Part shown: positions 17,397 through 26,387 of the stretch, piece after piece | How the letters are laid out: each line of letters begins with the position of its first letter | How positions within the stretch are numbered: position 1 is the first letter of the stretch | IMG/VR virus record: IMGVR_UViG_3300045988_144509 | Span: 1-52,424 of that record | Direction: 5' to 3' (one strand) | Length of the DNA: 52,424 bases | From: a virus | Program-made: the position numbers and the translations under genes | Notes under the pieces: generated by a model | The model's input: only the letters and a program-made list of their open reading frames with translations | Told to the model about the DNA's origin: nothing | The model's database searches: none

Positions 17397-18728
17397 TTAT
17401 CTATTTTTTTCTAAATCAGCGAAAGCACAGAACTCTTTCTTATAAAAGAGTTTTACTGTTCCTGTAGCTCCCTTTCTGTGCTTAGATATAATAACCTCTG
17501 CAATGTTTTTATCTTGAGTATTTTCATTATAGTATTCATCACGATATAAAAACATAACCAAATCCGCGTCTTGTTCTATTGCACCACTTTCGCGGATATC
17601 GCTCATTATTGGTCGTTTATCTTGTCTAGCTTCTAACCCTCTACTAAGTTGGGATAAAGCTATAATTGGTATATCAAGTTCACGAGCCAATAATTTCAAC
17701 TGTCTTGATATTTCAGACACTTCTTGCTGTTTATTTTCGGTGCGTCTATCACCTGCCATAAGTTGCAAGTAATCTATTACTATCAATTCTATTCCTTTTT
17801 CTCTTTTGAGCCTTCTTGCTCGTCTTTTCAATATTTGTGGTGTTAGGTAAGGCTCATCATTTACATACAAAGGAGCATTTGAAAGAATAGAAAATTTTTG
17901 TGTAAGTTTTTCCCATTCTTTATCAGTCAAATTACCTTCTCTTATCTTTTGTAAATCTACACAAGCCAAAGCACCTAATAACCTTTCGTCAAGCTGTTGC
18001 TTGCTCATTTCAAGAGAAAAAATCGCTACAGGTTTATTAAATTTAGCTGAAATTTTAGTTGCTAAATTTAAAGCAAATGCAGTTTTACCCATTGCTGGTC
18101 TTCCACCTATGATAATGAAATCAGACTTTTGAAATCCTCCTAGTATTTTATTTAGGTCTTTATATCCTGTATCTATACCAAGACATTTGCCTTCCTCTCT
18201 ATTATTATATCTTTCTTCTAGTGCCTTGAATGTATCCAACATTCTATCTATAGGTTCTTGAATAGAGTCATCACCGCTTGAGTCTTTCGATATGTCAATC
18301 ATTATTTTTTCAGCTTCCGCAAGCGTCTGGTTTATGTCTTTGCTTTCTGTGGCAAGACTTGTAATCATATTACCTGCATTAAAAAGCTTTCTTTGAATAG
18401 ATTTTTCTTTTACTATCTTAGCATAATTGATACAATTTTTAGCAGACGGAACATAATTACATAAATTGGTTATATAAGCTATTCCTCCTACTTTTTCAAG
18501 TTTATTATTTTTTTGCAATTGTTCTATTAAGGTAACACTATCTATATTAATGTTTTTCTTATATAGTTCAATCATTGAATTATATATGTCTTTGTGTGCA
18601 GTTCTGTAAAAATCGTCCGCACTTATAACGCTTGTTATTTCGTCCATAACTTCTAAGCTAGATATTAGTATACTTCCTAATACACTGCTTTCTGCTTCAA
18701 TATTATAAGGTGTCATTTCTTTAGTCAT
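17397..18728 (-). CDS. dnaB: Replicative DNA helicase DnaB
   Basis: 443 aa. Walker A (GGRPAMGKT), the SVLGSIL N-terminal motif, and overall DnaB organisation. Confidence 0.8.
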   Translation of the reverse strand: MTKEMTPYNIEAESSVLGSILISSLEVMDEITSVISADDFYRTAHKDIYNSMIELYKKNINIDSVTLIEQLQKNNKLEKVGGIAYITNLCNYVPSAKNCINYAKIVKEKSIQRKLFNAGNMITSLATESKDINQTLAEAEKIMIDISKDSSGDDSIQEPIDRMLDTFKALEERYNNREEGKCLGIDTGYKDLNKILGGFQKSDFIIIGGRPAMGKTAFALNLATKISAKFNKPVAIFSLEMSKQQLDERLLGALACVDLQKIREGNLTDKEWEKLTQKFSILSNAPLYVNDEPYLTPQILKRRARRLKREKGIELIVIDYLQLMAGDRRTENKQQEVSEISRQLKLLARELDIPIIALSQLSRGLEARQDKRPIMSDIRESGAIEQDADLVMFLYRDEYYNENTQDKNIAEVIISKHRKGATGTVKLFYKKEFCAFADLEKNR

Positions 18729-19041
18729 TTTGATTATCTCCTTTACATTTGCTACATATTATTTCATTATCATTTATAAATGTGGCTTCATCTTCGAATG
18801 TTAGGTTTCCGCACTTACTGCAAGTATAACCCCAACCATGTGCAAAATAGTCTTTTATTTTTATGTTTTCTGTGCAACCAAAATTATCTGCCCATTTAAC
18901 CCTATGGACTTTTGTATCTGTAAATGGTATACCTTCCATACAAGCTATCTCATATTTAGCCTTCCCTGCTGTTTCACACCATACAATATCGTTAAAGCCT
19001 GTATCGTCATCATGCCAAGTATAAGCTTTTAATTTGCTCAT
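18721..19041 (-). CDS. Hypothetical protein with C-terminal zinc ribbon
   Basis: 106 aa; CSKCGN..CSKCKG. Confidence 0.35.
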   Translation of the reverse strand: MSKLKAYTWHDDDTGFNDIVWCETAGKAKYEIACMEGIPFTDTKVHRVKWADNFGCTENIKIKDYFAHGWGYTCSKCGNLTFEDEATFINDNEIICSKCKGDNQND

Positions 19042-19053
19042 TATTAATCCTCC

Positions 19054-19422
19054 TTAAAATGGTATATAAATTTCTTCCATGCTTTTATCAATTTCTTCCA
19101 TTTTCGCCTTAGATGAAGCCATAACCATTCTAATATAAGAAATATCGTCAATTACTTTTTCTACTTCTAGGCTATAACTTCTAGGCTCATCACTATAGTT
19201 TAATTCAGAATAGTGAATATTGTTAATTTCACCATTAATCATTACCACCTTAATATCACTATTATTGTAATAAGTTGAAACCAAAGTCCCATACTTATTA
19301 TTATATTTAACTCTTATTCTTCTTTTTTCATTTCTATCAATCATTTTATATCCTCCTAAAATCGTCTTAGAACCATTCAAAATCTTTTGACGGCTCATTA
19401 TATTCACTTTGTTTTTTCTCAC
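19054..19422 (-). CDS. Hypothetical protein
   Basis: 122-aa ORF. Confidence 0.3.
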   Translation of the reverse strand: MRKNKVNIMSRQKILNGSKTILGGYKMIDRNEKRRIRVKYNNKYGTLVSTYYNNSDIKVVMINGEINNIHYSELNYSDEPRSYSLEVEKVIDDISYIRMVMASSKAKMEEIDKSMEEIYIPF

Positions 19423-20140
19423 TTGTATGGGGCTGTGGCTGGCTCAAAGTGGCGAGTTCATCTTCCCAACGTCTACCATTAAGCCATGTAGAAGGATATG
19501 GGATATATTGCCCTCCGTTTTTCTGCCAATCATAAGAATTTTTAGCTTGCGAGAGTGAAGCCATCATCTGATTAAACAGTTTAACATCTACATTTAATTT
19601 TGTAAATGCTTTTCGTGATGTCTGTTTATCTCTCTTTTTTGGGTATTCTGCCCAAAACTTATTAAACAACTCCTCGTCTTGTGTACTGTTTTTCTTAACC
19701 TTCTTAGCTTCTTTTGTACCCTTATCGTTAGATGAGGATATATTATTATTTGTATTATTCATACTTGTATTATTATGTGCGAAGTTTTCTTCATGGGAGG
19801 GGGTGAAGATTTCTTCATGGGGGTATGAAGTTTTTGTATCAGCAAAATTGTTATCACAGATATATAAATATCTACGTTCTGACTCAACGTTCTTATTTAT
19901 TACTGATTTAGATTTTATATATCCTTTATTGATTAGTTGCTTTAACCAAGTTTGTATAGAACGTACAGAAACGTTGTATAATTTTGCGAAGTAGTTATTT
20001 GTAGCCCAACAATAGCCTTCTTTATTACATAGTGCAGTTATTTCTCCATAAAGAAGTTTAGCATTGGCTGACAAATCTTTATCGTATCTCACGCTTGCTG
20101 GTATTATAGCATAGTAAGAAGGATTTTCATTATTATTCAT
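19367..20140 (-). CDS. Replication initiation / replisome-organiser protein (DnaD-like, N-terminal HTH)
   Basis: 257 aa. N-terminal ..YYAIIPASVRYDKDLSANAKLLYGEITALCNKEGYCWATNNYFAKLYNVSVRSIQTWLKQLINKGYI is a typical phage initiator HTH. C-terminal conserved block FNKFWAEYPKK..YIPYPSTWLNGRRWEDE. Upstream of dnaB. Confidence 0.55.
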   Translation of the reverse strand: MNNNENPSYYAIIPASVRYDKDLSANAKLLYGEITALCNKEGYCWATNNYFAKLYNVSVRSIQTWLKQLINKGYIKSKSVINKNVESERRYLYICDNNFADTKTSYPHEEIFTPSHEENFAHNNTSMNNTNNNISSSNDKGTKEAKKVKKNSTQDEELFNKFWAEYPKKRDKQTSRKAFTKLNVDVKLFNQMMASLSQAKNSYDWQKNGGQYIPYPSTWLNGRRWEDELATLSQPQPHTSEKKQSEYNEPSKDFEWF

Positions 20141-20351
20141 GCTTTAAACCTCCTACAAAGAATATCTCCAACATTTCTTCATCTGTAAGTTGTAAGATTT
20201 CTTTTATTTTTTTTACTTCTCCTAAAGTGAAATCAAATTTTAGATTGAATTTTCTTAGAATACTCATGTAGCTAATATTCATCATCTTTGCTAAATCCTT
20301 TTTAGATATTTCAGATATTGATAAATAGTATTCCAATAATTTGATATTCAT
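20133..20351 (-). CDS. XRE/Cro-like HTH transcriptional regulator
   Basis: 72 aa; SISEISKKDLAKMMNISYMSILRKF HTH. Confidence 0.45.
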   Translation of the reverse strand: MNIKLLEYYLSISEISKKDLAKMMNISYMSILRKFNLKFDFTLGEVKKIKEILQLTDEEMLEIFFVGGLKHE

Positions 20352-20453
20352 ATAAATGCACCTCTTTTTTATTTATGTATTTATTATAACATACAATCAT
20401 GTAGATGTAAATAACAAATTTGTAAATAAATAGATAAAAATAAAAGCAGGACT

Positions 20454-20738
20454 TTAAATCCTGCTAATCTTTTGTAATCTGTATAATTTAACATCTATCT
20501 TTCTAAAGGACATCATTAATAACATATCATCTTTATAATTTGCTTCATTACAACACATATCGTTATATAGTGCTTGCAAAACAACTTTGTCTGATAACTC
20601 AAAACATTCTATAAAGAATGGCTTTCCTTTAATATATATTGAGTTACCATTTACTATAGAACCTATAATATTTCTAATATCCAATACTGTCGGTTTGTTT
20701 TTGTCGTTAATATGGACTATTGCTTCAAATAAATTCAT
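20454..20738 (-). CDS. Hypothetical protein
   Basis: 94-aa ORF. Confidence 0.3.
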   Translation of the reverse strand: MNLFEAIVHINDKNKPTVLDIRNIIGSIVNGNSIYIKGKPFFIECFELSDKVVLQALYNDMCCNEANYKDDMLLMMSFRKIDVKLYRLQKISRI

Positions 20739-20911
20739 TATTTATCCTCCATTAATATATCTTGTATGATGTCGCTTAGAAGTTCATCAACACTTTGTAA
20801 GCGACTGCAAAATGTTCTTTCTTTAATATATTCTCCTTCGTTTGCGTCATCTATTAAATCTCTTACTTTTTCTCTTTCTTCCCAAATTCTTTTTCTTAGT
20901 TCTTTATTCAT
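20738..20911 (-). CDS. Small hypothetical protein (57 aa), not in ORF track
   Basis: ATG at 20911 with AAGGAG 8 nt upstream; MNKELRKRIWEEREKVRDLIDD... Confidence 0.35.
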   Translation of the reverse strand: MNKELRKRIWEEREKVRDLIDDANEGEYIKERTFCSRLQSVDELLSDIIQDILMEDK

Positions 20912-20915
20912 TTTA

Positions 20916-21395
20916 TCAATCTCCTTTTATATCGTTACTTACTTTTCTGTAGTCATATCCTAATATATCTGATAATACTTCTAATTTAGCAATTATTTTA
21001 TTACTTTCAAATGTTCTCTTAGCACCGCCTATAAAATCTGTTGGTTCTATGGAATTGTTCTTATTATGTTCTTTAGCTAATTTTATATATTTACAATAAA
21101 GTTTATCAGCATTTCTTTTTACATCTATAGGTTTTATTTCTTTATCGCCGACAAATTCAATCTCAATATCGTTTTTATTATCAAATAATAAGTCTAAAAG
21201 CATTAATGAAGTAATATTTTTTTCTTTGGCTAATCTTAATACATATTCGCCATTTATTAATGATAATTCAAAAACCTGTTCTTCATTTAGTGTTGCGTAG
21301 TTTAATTCGTTATATTTAGCCTTAAATGGTCTATCTAATTCTAAACCACGTCTTTTTATTGCTTCTTGAATTAAATCGTTATTATTAATTCTCAT
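20916..21395 (-). CDS. Hypothetical protein (first gene of leftward early transcript)
   Basis: 159-aa ORF. Confidence 0.35.
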   Translation of the reverse strand: MRINNNDLIQEAIKRRGLELDRPFKAKYNELNYATLNEEQVFELSLINGEYVLRLAKEKNITSLMLLDLLFDNKNDIEIEFVGDKEIKPIDVKRNADKLYCKYIKLAKEHNKNNSIEPTDFIGGAKRTFESNKIIAKLEVLSDILGYDYRKVSNDIKGD

Positions 21396-21507
21396 TTTAT
21401 TAAGCTCCTTTTCTTTGCCATTTTTCCAACGTCGGAATAATGGGTGATATTATTGGCTTCTGCCTTATATTAATATTATAACATATATAAAAATATTAAT
21501 ATAAGTG

Positions 21508-21536
21508 TTGACATTTTATTATGTATAGTTTATAAT
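21508..21536 (+). promoter_or_regulatory. Sigma-A type promoter
   Basis: TTGACA-17 nt-TATAAT. Confidence 0.5.
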
Positions 21537-21634
21537 ATAAGTATGTTAAGACGTTTTAGATAATATCTTTAGAGAATAATTATAAACTCTTCGCAATCTA
21601 CTTCCATAACTTTACTTTTTATATCTAAGACGTA

Positions 21635-21663
21635 TTGACATATAATATAATAAAGTGTATAAT
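21635..21663 (+). promoter_or_regulatory. Sigma-A type promoter
   Basis: TTGACA-17 nt-TATAAT. Confidence 0.5.
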
Positions 21664-21754
21664 GTAATTGTTAAAGCACTACGGAATAAATAAAATCATC
21701 TTTTCACTCTCAATCTAAATATAGGTGATTTAACTAGGCATTAAATAACCCCTT

Positions 21755-21790
21755 TAGCACGTTACTTTTTAAGTAGCGTGTATTTTTTTA
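21755..21790 (+). terminator. Terminator/attenuator hairpin in the leader of the rightward transcript
   Basis: agcacgttact / agtagcgtg stem followed by a T8 run. Confidence 0.4.
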
Positions 21791-21800
21791 TATATTTTCA

Positions 21801-21829
21801 TTGCATTGAATTATGATGTATGTTATAAT
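21801..21829 (+). promoter_or_regulatory. Sigma-A type promoter
   Basis: TTGCAT-17 nt-TATAAT, 18 nt upstream of the 21847 ATG. Confidence 0.45.
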
Positions 21830-21846
21830 ATAAACGAGGTGATATA

Positions 21847-22071
21847 ATGATTAAGTGTGAATTAACAGAAAAACAAAAGGAATATTTTAAGTACTTCAAT
21901 TTTGAATATTGTACACTTGATTATGAGTTTCAAGGTCGTTACAGACATCAATTCAATTTTGATGTAGTACATCTTATAAAAAGAAGATACGCCAATCTAC
22001 CAGTAGATAAAGAGTTATTATCTCAAATGGTAGATGATGTAATCAAGGTAATTGAAGCGTTGAGGTGGTAA
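21847..22071 (+). CDS. Hypothetical protein
   Basis: 74 aa, RBS GAGGTG. Confidence 0.4.
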   Translation: MIKCELTEKQKEYFKYFNFEYCTLDYEFQGRYRHQFNFDVVHLIKRRYANLPVDKELLSQMVDDVIKVIEALRW

Positions 22072-22072
22072 A

Positions 22073-22357
22073 ATGTGTATGGATTTTGTTAATGAAATGC
22101 AATTTAGTATTGATTATGCTGATTTTGAAGATATATGCAGACATTTTAATTTAAATGAAAGCACGAGAGAGGTTTTACTTAAAAGACTTAAATAAGTTGA
22201 AGGTATAGCTATATATAAAAATAAAACTCTTGTGCATTTGGATAAGTTTTACAATGCTATTATCGTGTTTAAAGATTTACAACCGATTAATGAAACAGTA
22301 AAAGAAGAAACTGCTAAAATTTTAGTTAATTTGATTAAGAAAGATGTTGACAATAAG
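22073..22357 (+). pseudogene. Hypothetical gene interrupted by in-frame TAA at 22193-22195
   Basis: A 40-codon ORF (MCMDFVNEMQF...LLKRLK) and a 54-codon open continuation (VEGIAIYKNK...DVDNK) lie in the same frame. The continuation has no start codon or SD. Confidence 0.35.
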
Positions 22358-22406
22358 TAAACAACTTGCTATAATGTAAATATAAACAATAAAGGAGATT
22401 AATAAA

Positions 22407-22664
22407 ATGAAGAAAAATGAAAAGATTAAATCAATGATTAATACTTGTAATACGTCAAAAAGTATGATAGAAAGACAAATTTTTGAGCGTTTTAATGTAA
22501 TTGAAAGATATTGCGATTATGCAAAAGAAAGGATTTCTAATGGTATAGTTGACGATTGTTATATAAATACTATTGAATTTGAAATCGAATTAATTAAACG
22601 ACATTATAACAGATATAAAACAGAAGAAGAAAAGATACAACAGTTAGAAGCATTAAATAAATAA
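22407..22664 (+). CDS. Hypothetical protein
   Basis: 85 aa with RBS AAAGGAG. Confidence 0.4.
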   Translation: MKKNEKIKSMINTCNTSKSMIERQIFERFNVIERYCDYAKERISNGIVDDCYINTIEFEIELIKRHYNRYKTEEEKIQQLEALNK

Positions 22665-22672
22665 GATATTTA

Positions 22673-22702
22673 GGCGCGTTATGAAAATAGCGTGCTTTTT
22701 TT
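22673..22702 (+). terminator. Rho-independent terminator
   Basis: gcgcgtta-tgaaaa-tagcgtgc (two G.U pairs) followed by T7. Confidence 0.45.
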
Positions 22703-22703
22703 A

Positions 22704-22732
22704 TTGACAAAATTAAGATAAAATGGTATAAT
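22704..22732 (+). promoter_or_regulatory. Sigma-A type promoter of the antirepressor gene
   Basis: TTGACA-17 nt-TATAAT; followed by a structured leader (ggcaga...aagag...ctcttctgcc). Confidence 0.5.
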
Positions 22733-22836
22733 ATATCAAAGGCAGATAGGGACGTATACACCGACAAGAGTAAGCTCCTGCTCTTCTGCCTTATCTTTAT
22801 ATAACGGAGTAAAATATAATGACAGGAGTTTTCATC

Positions 22837-23574
22837 ATGGAACTAAAAATATTTGAAAATGAAAAATTCGGAAAAGTTAGAACTGCCATCTTAGACAATG
22901 ATGTATGGTTCGTAGGAAAAGATGTTGCTATCGCTTTAGGATATAGCAATCCATCAAATGCAGTTGTAAATCATGTTGATAGTGAAGATAAAACCACATA
23001 CCTAAATCAAGTATCTGGTTCAAATTACAAAACTAAAACAACTGTTATCAATGAAAGTGGTTTATATAGCTTGGTTCTTTCTTCTAAGTTACCAACAGCT
23101 AAAGAGTTTAAGCGTTGGATAACTAAAGACGTTATACCTTCTATTCGTAAATATGGTATGTATGCTACTATGGATACAATAGATAAGATGTTGGCAGACC
23201 CCAACAATGCTATAAAAATATTTACGGCTTTAAAAGAAGAAAGAGAAGCCAAAGAAAAAGCATTAAAGCTTGTGCAGGAAAAACAAGAAAAAATTGACTT
23301 GTTATCTCACTCTAAAAAGCTTTATACTACGTCTGAAATAGCTAAGGAGTTGGGTTTTAAATCACCTCAAGAGCTAAATAAAAAACTTTGCGATTTAAAT
23401 ATTCAATATAAAGTGAATAATTCTTGGCTATTGTATAGTAAATATTCCGACAAAGGTTATATTTCTATTAAGCAAGAAATAATAAGACATGGAAGTAAAT
23501 GCAGTCCAGTAGTTTATAATAGTAAATGGACGCAAAAAGGTAGAGAATTTATTTTAAAACTCTTGACAAATTGA
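22837..23574 (+). CDS. Antirepressor, Bro-N domain + KilAC C-terminal domain
   Basis: Bro-N signature MELKIFENEKFGKVRTAILDNDVWFVGKDVAIALGY..; RBS ACAGGAG 7 nt upstream of the ATG at 22837. The ORF track starts 18 nt earlier at 22819. Confidence 0.6.
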   Translation: MELKIFENEKFGKVRTAILDNDVWFVGKDVAIALGYSNPSNAVVNHVDSEDKTTYLNQVSGSNYKTKTTVINESGLYSLVLSSKLPTAKEFKRWITKDVIPSIRKYGMYATMDTIDKMLADPNNAIKIFTALKEEREAKEKALKLVQEKQEKIDLLSHSKKLYTTSEIAKELGFKSPQELNKKLCDLNIQYKVNNSWLLYSKYSDKGYISIKQEIIRHGSKCSPVVYNSKWTQKGREFILKLLTN

Positions 23575-23637
23575 TATAGATATGTTAATATATATGTGTT
23601 GAACATATTTCATTTTTTATTCTCCTTTTTATATTAG

Positions 23638-23672
23638 AAAGGCACTAGCTTTAATTAGTTAGTGCCTTTTAT
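23638..23672. terminator. Bidirectional terminator between convergent genes
   Basis: aaggcacta-gctttaattagt-tagtgcctt, T-runs on both strands. Confidence 0.5.
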
Positions 23673-23683
23673 ATTACTTATTT

Positions 23684-23953
23684 TTATTTCATAATAGAAG
23701 AAGCTGTCAATAATATTATAGTGTTAGATGTATTTAAATCTTTATTTAGATTTTTATTGTACGTTTCTGCAAGCTCTATATTTTTCTTTATTTCGCTTAT
23801 TATTTGTTTATACGGAATGTTTTCACGTTGTCTGATTATATCAATTATGTTATCTAGGCATTTATTAAAATTATTATCGTTTTCATCTATGCTGTTTTTT
23901 AGGTCTTTAAGAAAAGATATTGCTTCTTTCTTTAATTCGTCATTATCCATCAT
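23684..23953 (-). CDS. Hypothetical protein
   Basis: 89-aa ORF. Confidence 0.35.
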   Translation of the reverse strand: MMDNDELKKEAISFLKDLKNSIDENDNNFNKCLDNIIDIIRQRENIPYKQIISEIKKNIELAETYNKNLNKDLNTSNTIILLTASSIMK

Positions 23954-24216
23954 TAAATAAACCCTCCGTCTATATCTTCTTTGATACGTTGTATAGCCAT
24001 TTCGGTTCTTAATCTTATACCAGCAGATAATTCATTTATTTTGTTTGTATCTTCGTTGTCTGGTAAATCGTTTAATACGTCAATTATTTCCTCGCTAAAG
24101 TCGTTAATAGTTCTTAGTTGACTTGATATTTCATCAATTAGTTTTAAGCGTTTTTCTTTGTAATAAAGCATATCATTCACCTTTTCATATTCATCATTAA
24201 AATATATTTCTGCCAT
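23953..24216 (-). CDS. Hypothetical protein
   Basis: 87-aa ORF preceded by a minus-strand promoter at 24247-24275. Confidence 0.35.
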   Translation of the reverse strand: MAEIYFNDEYEKVNDMLYYKEKRLKLIDEISSQLRTINDFSEEIIDVLNDLPDNEDTNKINELSAGIRLRTEMAIQRIKEDIDGGFI

Positions 24217-24246
24217 GTGCTTATCCTCCTTTATTTGTATAATAAT

Positions 24247-24275
24247 ATTATATCATATGTGGCGATTTATTGCAA
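24247..24275 (-). promoter_or_regulatory. Repeated minus-strand promoter unit (copy 1)
   Basis: Minus strand reads TTGCAA-17 nt-TATAAT. Confidence 0.45.
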
Positions 24276-24278
24276 TAA

Positions 24279-24302
24279 AAAAGGCACTCGTTAAAGTGCC
24301 TG
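24279..24302 (-). terminator. Terminator downstream of the ERF gene
   Basis: aggcact-cgttaa-agtgcct with a T-run on the minus strand. Confidence 0.45.
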
Positions 24303-24307
24303 TAGTT

Positions 24308-24955
24308 TTATTCTGTTTCGGTAATCATTATTTGACCTAGATAATTATTAAAGTTCTCATCTAATTCTTTTACTTCTTGAAGTGTTAAATCTTTAGAAGA
24401 TGTTTTATTGAAGTTTGTTTTTAATACAGATAAAATGCCTTGTTTGGATACATTATGAGTTTTCATCTTGCTTAATACACTAGATAAGTGTTTAGCTTTT
24501 TCGTCTATTGGCTTTTGTTTTGGTGCTGGTTTATTAATCTGTTTTGATTGCTGTCTGTTATCTCTTGTATCGTCGTCTTTTTCATCATCAAGAGCGAACA
24601 TGGCTGAAAGTGCGTACTTTCTAGCGTATGAAGAACAGGCTCCAGTTAATTGGCTCTCGCTCATTCCGCTTTTTGGTTCTGCTTCACGAGCTAAAGCTTT
24701 TGTTGATATTTCCTCACCACTTTCTACATCAAATAATGTGATTGTAGCTTCTACATAATAACGACCGTTAATTTCTTTTATGTCGTCATTTATAACTATT
24801 ACGCAATTATTTTTATTTGCTATAGGTCTTGCACTTTCTAATATATCCTCGCAACTTCTGTAATTGTATTTTCCAAAAGAGTTGAATTGATTTTTAGGTA
24901 CTTTCAACTCTTGCTGAATTAATAATAATTTTTTTAAAATATTTTTTGCCATCAT
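24308..24955 (-). CDS. ERF-family single-strand annealing protein (recombinase)
   Basis: 215 aa; N-terminal LLLIQQELKVPKNQFNSFGKYNYRSCEDILESARPIANKNNC.. matches the ERF pattern; disordered acidic C-terminus. Confidence 0.5.
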   Translation of the reverse strand: MMAKNILKKLLLIQQELKVPKNQFNSFGKYNYRSCEDILESARPIANKNNCVIVINDDIKEINGRYYVEATITLFDVESGEEISTKALAREAEPKSGMSESQLTGACSSYARKYALSAMFALDDEKDDDTRDNRQQSKQINKPAPKQKPIDEKAKHLSSVLSKMKTHNVSKQGILSVLKTNFNKTSSKDLTLQEVKELDENFNNYLGQIMITETE

Positions 24956-24987
24956 TTTTATTACTCCTTTATTAATTTATATGTTTA

Positions 24988-25016
24988 TTATAGCATAATT
25001 GCTTATAAAATGCAAG
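24988..25016 (-). promoter_or_regulatory. Repeated minus-strand promoter unit (copy 2)
   Basis: TTGCAT-17 nt-TATAAT on the minus strand; conserved atgcaagtat / ttatagcata flanks. Confidence 0.5.
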
Positions 25017-25068
25017 TATAAATTTAAAAGAAAAAAGGCTACAACTTTAAAAGTCATAGCCAATAATG

Positions 25069-25566
25069 TTATTTAATTATAGAACCATCATTCATTATTA
25101 TTTTTGCGTTAGCAAGTTTTATAGCTTTTTTCTTTAACTCATTATAAGCGTCGTTTTTAAAAGTGTATTGCTGTACAATTCTTTTCTTTGTTCTTAAATC
25201 ATAAGTTGGTATTGTTTCGCCAGTACTTAAAAGACGCTTACCTTTTTCTATAAAGTAAGTTTCTTTTGCAATAACACAAATTATTTTTATATTTTTTTCT
25301 TTATTTTCTTTTATAGCTTTTTCTTTGTTTTTACTTTGCTGTAAAAGGAATTTGTAATGCAATGCTACTTCTTCATAAGATAGAGGTTTGGCATTTTTGT
25401 ATTTATTTCTTTCTATAGCTTTTACATAGCTGAATTTTACTTTGTTTGTATCAAATACTCTACAAGCCCAATCAACTATATTGTACATATGCCATTTAGC
25501 TTCTCCAATATCCTCGAAAGTAAAAATAAACTCTTTTTGTTCAACTTTTAATACACATGTTTTCAT
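25069..25566 (-). CDS. Hypothetical protein
   Basis: 165-aa ORF. Confidence 0.35.
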   Translation of the reverse strand: MKTCVLKVEQKEFIFTFEDIGEAKWHMYNIVDWACRVFDTNKVKFSYVKAIERNKYKNAKPLSYEEVALHYKFLLQQSKNKEKAIKENKEKNIKIICVIAKETYFIEKGKRLLSTGETIPTYDLRTKKRIVQQYTFKNDAYNELKKKAIKLANAKIIMNDGSIIK

Positions 25567-25596
25567 TTTATTATCTCCTTTATTGTTTATACTTTT

Positions 25597-25625
25597 ATTA
25601 TAACATACTTTATTGACAAATGCAA
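25597..25625 (-). promoter_or_regulatory. Repeated minus-strand promoter unit (copy 3)
   Basis: TTGCAT-17 nt-TATAAT on the minus strand. Confidence 0.5.
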
Positions 25626-25634
25626 GTTATTTTT

Positions 25635-25928
25635 TTATAAATTTACGAAGAGAGTAAAATCTCCGTATCTGTCGGTTGGTTCGCAACCTTCAAGCCATAT
25701 AGCTTTGTATATGCCGTCTGTTTCGTATACCACCCAATTTTTGCCTTGTTTAACGATATGATAATCTTGAGTAATTCTTGACTTAGCAAGTAAAAAGTTT
25801 CCACGTTTTTTACTTGGTTTATCAAACTGCACCCTATAAACTCTTTGGCAAGAGAACCCACATTTTTGAAGTGTGGAAGTAGGGAATTTTACCTGTTCTG
25901 TTTTGTAATAATGATTATAGTTTTTCAT
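25635..25928 (-). CDS. Hypothetical protein (start revised to MKNYNHYYK)
   Basis: AAGGAG 8 nt upstream of ATG 25928. The longer track ORF (to 25988) would run through its own promoter. Confidence 0.4.
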   Translation of the reverse strand: MKNYNHYYKTEQVKFPTSTLQKCGFSCQRVYRVQFDKPSKKRGNFLLAKSRITQDYHIVKQGKNWVVYETDGIYKAIWLEGCEPTDRYGDFTLFVNL

Positions 25929-25959
25929 AAATAAAATCTCCTTTTTTAACTTTATATAT

Positions 25960-25988
25960 ATTATAGCATAGATAAATAAAATATGCAA
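25960..25988 (-). promoter_or_regulatory. Repeated minus-strand promoter unit (copy 4)
   Basis: TTGCAT-17 nt-TATAAT on the minus strand. Confidence 0.5.
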
Positions 25989-25992
25989 GTAT

Positions 25993-26274
25993 TTATTTAG
26001 ATTTTTCGTATATTTCTCTTATCTTTTTACAACTGACTTTATTAGCTTTATATTTATCGTTGTTTTCAAGAAGCTTATTGGAATACTCTATAATCTTGTT
26101 TAGTATGATTTTATTCTTGTTTGTGTTTTTAACATCTTTTAACATATATAAGCAATCCTCGATTAAACCTTTATACTCTTTGAATATAAAACTGTTACTG
26201 CTTAAATCGTTTTCAAATTGTTCTAAAATATTTTTTAAACCTTCTTTTTCAATCCTAATATTTACTTTATCCAT
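25993..26274 (-). CDS. Hypothetical protein
   Basis: 93-aa ORF. Confidence 0.35.
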   Translation of the reverse strand: MDKVNIRIEKEGLKNILEQFENDLSSNSFIFKEYKGLIEDCLYMLKDVKNTNKNKIILNKIIEYSNKLLENNDKYKANKVSCKKIREIYEKSK

Positions 26275-26306
26275 TATATCAGTTCCTTTCTTTATCTTAT
26301 GTACTT

Positions 26307-26335
26307 ATTATAGCATATATTATAAAAGTATGCAA
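26307..26335 (-). promoter_or_regulatory. Repeated minus-strand promoter unit (copy 5)
   Basis: TTGCAT-17 nt-TATAAT on the minus strand. Confidence 0.5.
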
Positions 26336-26387
26336 GTATTATTTTAAAATAAATTAAAAAAAGACACGAATTAACGTGCCTTTAATA

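Noticed and set aside
22819-22836. Upstream ATG of the antirepressor ORF (22819)
   Set aside because: The Bro-N domain begins at MELKIFENEKFG (22837), which has a better-placed RBS. The six extra codons are probably not translated.
25929-25988. N-terminal extension of ORF 25635..25988
   Set aside because: The extension runs through the gene's own promoter, and an AAGGAG-ATG start is present at 25928.
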